NCBI RefSeq assembly: GCF_000143415.4
Contig: NW_003314483.1
Span: 33,225 to 50,069 of the forward strand
DNA: 16,845 bases
Reading direction: 5' to 3'
Origin: Selaginella moellendorffii
Taxonomy: Eukaryota; Plantae; Lycopodiophyta
Shown: positions 10,474 to 16,845 of the stretch, piece by piece
Layout: the number at the start of each line of letters is the position of its first letter
How positions within the stretch are numbered: the stretch's first letter is position 1
Position numbers and translations under genes: made by a program
Notes under the pieces: generated by a model
Seen by the model: only the letters and a program-made list of their open reading frames with translations
Database searches by the model: none
Told to the model about the DNA's origin: nothing

Positions 10474-11009
10474 CTAGTCGTCGATGACAACGTGAATCCC
10501 CTTGTTGTCCGAGACGTTATCCCTGTCGTGAGCTCCATCCACCATAGCCTCTTCGCCTTTCACTCCCAATCCTTGTCGCATTTCCGAGCAGAGCACGTCG
10601 ATCTGTCGAATGCACCTGCGCAGGCGGATGCCGGCGTTTTTTTTTTCCAGCGTAAATCTGGAAGGCGTCGAGCCTGTTCTCGCTGATCATCGAGCACAAC
10701 TATGACGACACAGAGAAAGCCGTGAGCCTCTCAAACCTTTGCAAACGGAGAAACAAACACAACCTCGTTGTAATAGGCTGGGACTTTCAGCCACTTAGGA
10801 TCGTTATCCAGTGCTGTTCCCAGGACTTCTTCCGGAGCTGTTAAAAAACGAACGCATTAGAGTTTTTTCTAGTGTCTAAATCGAAGGAACTCACTCAAAG
10901 GTGTTGCATAAGGAACAAATGTAGGTTGCGGCTTTTGGTAGGAGGTTTTTTGGTCCCTCACCAGGCTCGACGCCACCGTTGCTGCAATTGGCCGGAATAT
11001 CTTGGTCAT
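10474..11009 (-). CDS. Small 3-exon gene, 137 aa after correcting one homopolymer frameshift; core resembles Hc1 histone-H1-like domain
   Basis: ATG at 11009 with an in-frame stop upstream. Exons 11009-10895, 10837-10764 and 10699-10474 (TAG); canonical GT-AG introns of 57 and 64 bp with compatible phases. MTKIFRPIAATVASSLVRDQKTSYQKPQPTFVPYATPLTPEEVLGTALDNDPKWLKVPAYYNELCSMISENRLDAFQIYAGKK/NAGIRLRRCIRQIDVLCSEMRQGLGVKGEEAMVDGAHDRDNVSDNKGIHVVIDD*. Requires A9 rather than A10 at 10646-10637. The gene model is better supported than the product call. Confidence 0.6.
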
Positions 11010-11060
11010 CCTGGAACATCTCAAGTTAGAATCGCAGGGACGACGATAGGGGGGTGGAGA

Positions 11061-11068
11061 CTCTTATA
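11061..11068 (-). promoter_or_regulatory. Possible TATA box for the small gene
   Basis: TATAAGAG on the minus strand about 55 nt upstream of ATG 11009, followed by a pyrimidine-rich leader. Motif only. Confidence 0.3.
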
Positions 11069-11439
11069 TCAGATGATATTCTCTGTTGAATACTTTTTCC
11101 ATAAGTGTGACTCTTTTCTTCACGAACTCGGTAATTCTACAAACTCTACAAACAGAGACAAATCCCTTCCTAGGGTTAGAAATAGGATAAATGAAACGTA
11201 CCATCTACATATCAATCTGCAAAGCATACTTAAGCAAAGCATTCCCTCCCAGTCGATGGAGCGGTTGCAAATCTAGAATTGAAACAGTACCTCCCATATT
11301 GCCATCTTGGCTGTCTATATCAATTGTCACAGATTTGGACAGTCAGATTAATAGTATCTACCATAAGTAAAATTAAATATTCTTAAAATGGAATATGTGA
11401 TGCCGATGCCAAAATAGCAACTTTAAATAAAGAGTTTGA

Positions 11440-11466
11440 CTAGCAAAAGTCCCAGCTATGCTGGGA
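11440..11466 (-). mobile_element. Helitron 3' terminus (subterminal hairpin + CTAG)
   Basis: Minus strand reads TCCCAGC-ATA-GCTGGGA (perfect 7-bp stem, 11466-11450), CTTTTG, CTAG (11443-11440), then T at 11439. This is the canonical Helitron end and target base, and it coincides with the boundary of repeat B. Confidence 0.85.
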
Positions 11467-12058
11467 GGATCGTGTTTATTTCTGATGTTTTAGTAATTTC
11501 AAAGAGTTGTAATTGTAATTGTAATTTTTAACATAATCATTTTGATAACATACATAGTTAAACATCTTTATATTTAAAATCCCTTTTACAATTGACTCTA
11601 TCATCAACACACATTATAACATAATAAATATAACTCATAACATTATATTACATTTAAAACTCTGTTTGTTGAGTGAAGTCTTGGATCTTTTATAAATGGA
11701 ATTGCTCAATATGGGATCCTATGGCCAGAAGAGTCATTTGGAGATTAAGGTTTGGTAACTATTTTTTTTCTTTTATTTAAAACTATATAATTGATAAAAA
11801 AAATGTTTCATTCAGCTCTACAATTTTTCCTCTTAATAAAATAAGTGTTACTTAAGCACACTAAAATATAATGATATTAAAATAAATCTTTAAAATTCAT
11901 TTAAACTACATACATCTAAAATATAAACATTGTTATAGACTTTAGTTTTTAGATTGAAAGTTTCGGAATGGTATGATACTAAGTGAAAGATGTTACCTTT
12001 ATGTGTTATATTTTATTTTAATAACTTTTAATATTTTACAATTATCTTTTTATATTTT
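11443..12058 (+). repeat. Direct repeat B, copy 1 (Helitron subterminal block)
   Basis: gcaaaagtcccagctatgctgggag...ttggatcttttataaatggaattgctca...taagtgttacttaag...gtatgatactaagt is repeated at 12657-13328 (offset 1214 at the start). Confidence 0.93.
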
Positions 12059-12191
12059 AATTATTTTATTATAAAAATTATATTTTATTTTACACTGCTA
12101 GCATCGTGTACCTCATCATGTACACATCACGAAAAAACACCTTGAAATTTAGAAAAACACTAAAGTAATAGCGGTAATAGGGTCAGTTTTT

Positions 12192-12260
12192 TAAGATTGT
12201 AGCTACTACCTTGTTATTATCTTTCTTTTGACATGGAGAATACCAAGATGTAAAGTGAGC
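12192..12260 (+). repeat. Short direct repeat C (partner about 12583-12650)
   Basis: aagattgtagctactac...tatctttcttttgaca..agaatacca vs aagattggagctactac...tatctttcttttgaca..agaataaca. Confidence 0.8.
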
Positions 12261-12656
12261 CAGATAGGCCAGTCAGAGGTAATTACTTTTTGTTTAACAC
12301 TGACAAAGCATTGTGTAATTACGCAAGTCTTTTACGATAGAATTTTCATGGCGGCATGGAACAAAGGGTTGGAAGTGAGGATTAATCAGGAACAACTGTA
12401 AATTGGAACTAAGTGTGACAGCAAGTATGAGAGATTCAATATACAGAATAGATTTAAAAATATAATTTTTGTTACATTTAAATATGTGAATTAATAAATA
12501 ATTTAAATATTAAAATATAAAATTATAATATTATCATTAATGTATAATTTTAATACTGTATTATGATAATATCTCTGTAGCTCAAGATTGGAGCTACTAC
12601 ATTTTTACTATCTTTCTTTTGACAAGTAGAATAACAAAAGTTGAAAGAGCAAAAGA

Positions 12657-13328
12657 GCAAAAGTCCCAATTATGCTGGGAGCATTGTGTTTATTTCTGAT
12701 ATTTTATTAATTTCAAAGAGTTGTAATTGTAATTATAATTTTTAACATAATCATAATTATAAGATATATAGTTAAACATAACATAATATTTGTATTAAAA
12801 ATTCTTTTCTAAAATTAAATCTATCACCAACATACATCATAACATAATAAATAAAACTCATTACATTATAACATATTTAAAACTGATTTTTTAGTGAAGT
12901 TTTGGATCTTTTATAAATGGAATTGCTCACTGCAGGATCCCATGGCTAAATGAGTCATTTAAAGACTGAGGTTTGATAACTAATGTTTTCTTTTATTTGA
13001 AATCTCTATACAATTGAAACAATAGTATTACTTGATGATTCATTCAACTCTACAATTTTTCCTCTTACAATTTTTCCTCTTAAAAAAAGTAAGTGTTACT
13101 TAAGTACACTAAAATATAATGAATATATATAATGAATATATATAAACTCACCTAAACTACAAACATCTTTTAAATTTATAAAAATATAAACATTATTATG
13201 GAGTTTATCATTTCTTCAGTTTAGACTGAAAGTTTTAAAATTGTATGATACTAAGTCAAAGATGTTAGGTTATGTGTTATTTTTTCTTTCAAATTTTTTT
13301 AATATTTTACATATTTATCTTTGATATT
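12657..13328 (+). repeat. Direct repeat B, copy 2, with degenerate Helitron terminus
   Basis: Collinear with 11443-12058. The hairpin is mutated (tcccaat-tat-gctggga, 12664-12680) and CTAG is absent. Confidence 0.93.
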
Positions 13329-13840
13329 CCCTTTTTACCTAATATTTATATTTATGAATTTTGAGAGTAATATTTAAAATTAGAAGTATTCTATTATTTA
13401 ATATAAATATTCTTTTTTTATATTTTTATATAGAGAGAATGCTAATCTGAAATAATATTATTATCTCTCTATATTCATGTAAATTATATTTAAAATTAAG
13501 GCTTTATAACACTATTATGAATGTTGAAATTTTATTATGATAATTGAATGGTAATGTTTAGCTTTATACTGGGGTAGATTAGGGTAATCTTTTCTTTATG
13601 CTAGAATTATAATATATCAGAAAATTCATGAATGTTATGTAGATAGGTCTAATATAATTAAATTGCAGTTTTTTTTCATGTATAAATGCAAGGTAGGATT
13701 AAGTGTTAGAAAATTTTATGATAATATATAAATCTTAGACTATATCTTAGCCATTTGACAACTCAATGGGTTTAATTTCATTTATGTTTGTATTGATAAG
13801 TACCATAAGATTACTGATAAAAACTTATTTTACACAAGAT

Positions 13841-14031
13841 TTGTAATCATAATTATAGTTTTTAACATGATCAATATTATAAAATATATGGTTAAACATA
13901 ATATAATATTTATATTAAAAATTCCCTCTACAATTGACTCTATCACCTACACACATCATAACATAATAAATAAAACTCATAACATTGTATCTTTGATCTT
14001 TTATAAGTAGAATTACTCATTATGAAATCCC
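13841..14031 (+). repeat. Direct repeat B, partial copy 3
   Basis: ttgtaat..aattata.tttttaacat...caattgactctatca...acataataaataaaactcataacatt...gatcttttataa matches copies 1 and 2. It lacks the hairpin/CTAG portion. Confidence 0.85.
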
Positions 14032-14779
14032 ACTCTTAAGGAAAGATTCGATATGAATGGCTGCACGAGTGAAAATCTAGAAACTTGATATTTTGTGAGA
14101 GGAAGAAGCTAAAGCTTTAAAAGATCATACATGTATATAAATGCTCATAGTGGCAGCGGCAGTGATTATTATTTTGTATTTTGCTCTAGATGACTTACCA
14201 TATTTGGTATGATCTATATCATAGACTCGTAGTTTTAGAAAAAAAAAACTCTATGTACTAAAATTCAAATTATATTATTAAAATATATGCATATTATAAT
14301 ATTTTATTACAGTATTGATAGTTTTAGTAATAATATTATATTACAGTATTAAAATTATTCATTAGTGATAATATTATCCTTTTAATGTTTAAAATGATTT
14401 ATTAAGTCACATATTTATATGTAACAAAAATTATATTTATTAAATCTATTTTGTGGCAATGTTTGCCAATACTTAGTAAATTTAAACGATTTGTAACTAA
14501 TTACATAATTACAAATTGTTTTAATCATTCATCAACTTCTACACAACATCAGGTTTGAAAGCTCCAACTTGGCTTATACTTAGAAACCTGATACCATACA
14601 CAACAAATTATAAAACAATAGTAGAAAGAAATAAAACATACTTTTTGTTTTCTCACACATTTTTTCTTTTAAGTGTCAAGTCCAACTATAGTTTTTGGTA
14701 TCTCTGTAGCTCTCAAGCTTGCAAAAAATCTTCAGATTGTACATCTTTGATCAAATAGAGTCCATTATGGTAAAAAAAA

Positions 14780-15503
14780 AAAGTATAATCATCATCTTGT
14801 AGTGCAACCAGCTTACATGCAGGCATCTCTACAATTTCATTAGTGTCATCAAATGCAACTGCCCATATATGTCCAGTGCTGTCCAGAATACACAACTGTA
14901 GTGCATATTTGAAGTGAATATCTCCAGAATCAGTGTCACAAGAGTTGCATTGCCACATACTTTCTGAAACCTGAGTAACCTTCTTGCCACATTGCCTTCC
15001 ATTGACAACCTTCATGCATGCTGGGTAGTAGAAGTCACCAGTCTGGAATTCTTTCACTGACACAATAACACAAAAAATAGCAGAGAACTCGAAAACCTTC
15101 AGGTTGATAGACAACATCTCATTGTACCAGAAATCACTGCTTTAGAAGAAGAGTTGGTCACATGGACAAATATGGTTGTGTTGTAGCCAGCAACCATCCA
15201 TTCACACAGCCATGAGACATCTTCTAATTCAGGATCAACTAAAAGGTTAGAGCCACCTGTGACTAAATGGACTTGCCATTGTAATCTGATATCCGGCTGC
15301 CCTTCACGCATACAATAGGCCTCTCTCCTTGTCCAGGTTTCTCCTCGATTCCTGAACCTTCATCTTCAGCCTTTGAATCCCACAGACACATGTCTATACT
15401 GTGGCCCGATTCATCACTCAAAGAAAGCATCCTCCTTCTCATGAATGCTCCAGAATCCTTAGGAGAAATGTTTGTCCAATCCACATTACACCACCAATAA
15501 ACC
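14780..15503 (-). pseudogene. RPA1: Replication protein A 70-kDa subunit-like (OB-fold DBD-B and zinc-binding DBD-C), frameshifted, likely Helitron-borne
   Basis: Three overlapping ORFs join as RRMLSLSDESGHSIDMCLWD...PIVCVKGSRISDYNGKSI / VTGGSNLLVDPELEDVSWLCEW / FYYPACMKVVNGRQCGKKVTQVSESMWQCNSCD...FKYALQLCILDSTGHIWAVAFDD. These are RPA70 motifs, including the C4 zinc finger. No introns seen, at least two frameshifts, N-terminal half missing. Confidence 0.92.
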
Positions 15504-15584
15504 TTTGCCTTTACATCTGTGCCTTTACTCTTTGATTTCTGATGTTGAGGCATGTGAAGCTTTTATGCAGAATTGGTGACGGAA

Positions 15585-15760
15585 ACATGGGGAACATTTG
15601 AAAGAACCCGGCACTTGAGTGATATGCTCATTAAAGTTTGTGATTTGTTTATCTTGAGGCATCTTTTTTAGGCACTTCGAGCATTGACTTACATGGGAAC
15701 TTTCATTGATGGGGGCAATGATTCCATTGAATATATTCCCAACCTTTCAACATCAGAAGG
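15585..15760 (-). pseudogene. Possible BED zinc-finger fragment (hAT transposase N-terminus)
   Basis: GWEY / GIIAPINESSHVSQCSKCLKKMPQDKQITNFNEHITQVPGSFKCSPC resembles plant hAT BED fingers (GWEHG...V.C.YC.K....GI.R.K.HLA.IPG.V..C). Short and frameshifted. Confidence 0.4.
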
Positions 15761-16226
15761 TTTGTAAATCAGCTGTTTACAAACATTCCTAATTCTCCCA
15801 CTAATGTATTACATACCTGGAAAGAGATGTATATAATGGCATTGCATGGATCACACTGCTTCGTACACTCCAATCAAATATACAGCCCCACTGTGTGTGG
15901 ATTGTTGAGGCACATTCGTGACAAAAACTCATGGATTATGATGTACTCTACTCGCTCAGATAACTACAAGTTAATGTTCTGCTCAGCAAGTAGCCAGAAG
16001 AATATCTGGTCTGTCTCTAGAGATTGCAAAGTTGTGTCCGGTCCAAGATGATGGAACTGAAGCCAAAGTAATAGATGTTTACAATCTCAATGTGCCTTTC
16101 ATTGGTGATCCAATGAACACCAAAGTGCATATCCTTCAAGGTTATGTAATTACAGAATATGTATTTAAAAACAAGTATGCATTCTTATTCTTTTCATCTT
16201 TACTTCAATGAAACCTTCTTCTACAG

Positions 16227-16670
16227 TATGCTTGGATGAAATCCGACCTTGAATCTGTCGACAGATTCAGTACACCATGGATAGTTTTCACAGGGTAACT
16301 GTTTTTATCCACATTTTCATTCTGTAAACTCATGTGTGCTATTTTTCTTTCAGTCATCAACCTATGTACTCCACTCAACTATAAACTTTACCAAATGTGG
16401 ATCCGAAATTTGTAGCAGCTGTGGAACCATTGCTCTTGAGAAACAAGGTAAAACACAAGCTCTTCAAAGGGAAAACTAGAATGAAACTGTCGTTTTTCTT
16501 TTCTTTTTTTTGCACAGGTTGATTTAGCAGTATGGGGGCATGTTCACAACTACGAGCAAACTTGTGCTGTGTTTCAGGGCCACTGCCTGCAACACCCGAT
16601 CAAGGATTTAGCGGGCGTCAATTTCTTTGACACTAGAATTTACTCAGCTCCAGTTCACGCCGTGGTTGGA
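16227..16670 (+). pseudogene. Purple acid phosphatase (PAP27 / nucleotide pyrophosphatase-phosphodiesterase type) 3-exon fragment
   Basis: Exons 16227-16294 (YAWMKSDLESVDRFSTPWIVFTG), 16354-16447 (HQPMYSTQL*TLPNVDPKFVAAVEPLLLRNK) and 16518-16670 (VDLAVWGHVHNYEQTCAVFQ...SAPVHAVVG). Contains the GHxH metal motif and canonical introns. TAA at 16382-16384; truncated at both ends. Confidence 0.93.
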
Positions 16671-16845
16671 CAAAAAATTTCATTTATTTTAGTCCAATTT
16701 ATTGCATCATACGATACTCTTTTCCTACAGTTGACGTTCAAGGATATCCATGGCTCAACACCAAGCTTCATGCCCTTGCACATGTTCTGGCGGAAACAAA
16801 ATGAAAAGGAGCAAGAACTGAGAGTAAAATGACTAGAGCTCAAAA

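Larger units (their letters stand above)
11440..16845 (-). mobile_element. Helitron-derived element extending rightwards from the 3' end (5' TC end not located; no Rep/Hel seen)
   Basis: 3' terminus at 11440, AT-rich duplicated subterminal blocks, a co-oriented RPA70 pseudogene and captured fragments. The right boundary is undetermined. Confidence 0.65.

Noticed and set aside
10804-11019. Alternative start ATG 11019 (MFQDDQDIPANC...) for the small gene
   Set aside because: After splicing, this frame hits TAA within exon 2; at most it is an overlapping uORF.
10150-11276. Plus-strand ORFs 10150-10371, 10468-10686, 10872-11276 (and 9357-9632, 8700-8930, 3212-3418)
   Set aside because: These are antisense shadows of minus-strand exons with no recognisable motifs.
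13051-13140. Small tandem duplications (tacaatttttcctct x2; atataatgaatat x2)
   Set aside because: Ordinary slippage within repeat B copy 2.
11443-14031. Repeats B/C as a CRISPR-like or satellite array
   Set aside because: The units are long, irregular and diverged, in a eukaryotic context; they are explained as Helitron subterminal duplications.
15820-16140. Coding-like stretch before the PAP fragment
   Set aside because: Several frames are equally plausible and none matches a family I recognise, so no call was made.
16671-16845. NMCKGMKLG as a P450 heme-binding motif
   Set aside because: It lacks the FxxGxR context, and the match is too short to support.

Overview
Eukaryotic land-plant genomic DNA. 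It is AT-rich, with very short GT-AG introns of about 40-70 bp; a Selaginella-like compact genome is my inference, not proven. There are two assembly gaps. Most ORF-track entries are spurious or antisense. Reading with splicing and frameshifts shows a transposon-built mosaic of decayed host-gene fragments that keep their introns: an unidentified exon pair, a probable ABCG Walker-A piece, a BIG-type Sec7 ARF-GEF, FGAM synthase (PurL/PUR4), a CYP88/KAO P450, a 5'-truncated Kelch-repeat gene, a possible hAT BED finger and a purple acid phosphatase. A canonical Helitron 3' end (GC hairpin + CTAG|T) lies on the minus strand at 11440-11466, with a degenerate second copy 1214 bp further in and a co-oriented RPA70 pseudogene. 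Helitron gene capture is therefore the simplest explanation. The most unusual item is a small three-exon minus-strand gene at 11009-10474 (137 aa if one A is removed from an A10 run). Its core resembles, by eye, the bacterial/giant-virus Hc1 histone-H1-like helical hairpin, behind a possible organelle-targeting N-terminus. All protein identifications are from manual translation and recalled family consensus; no searches were run.
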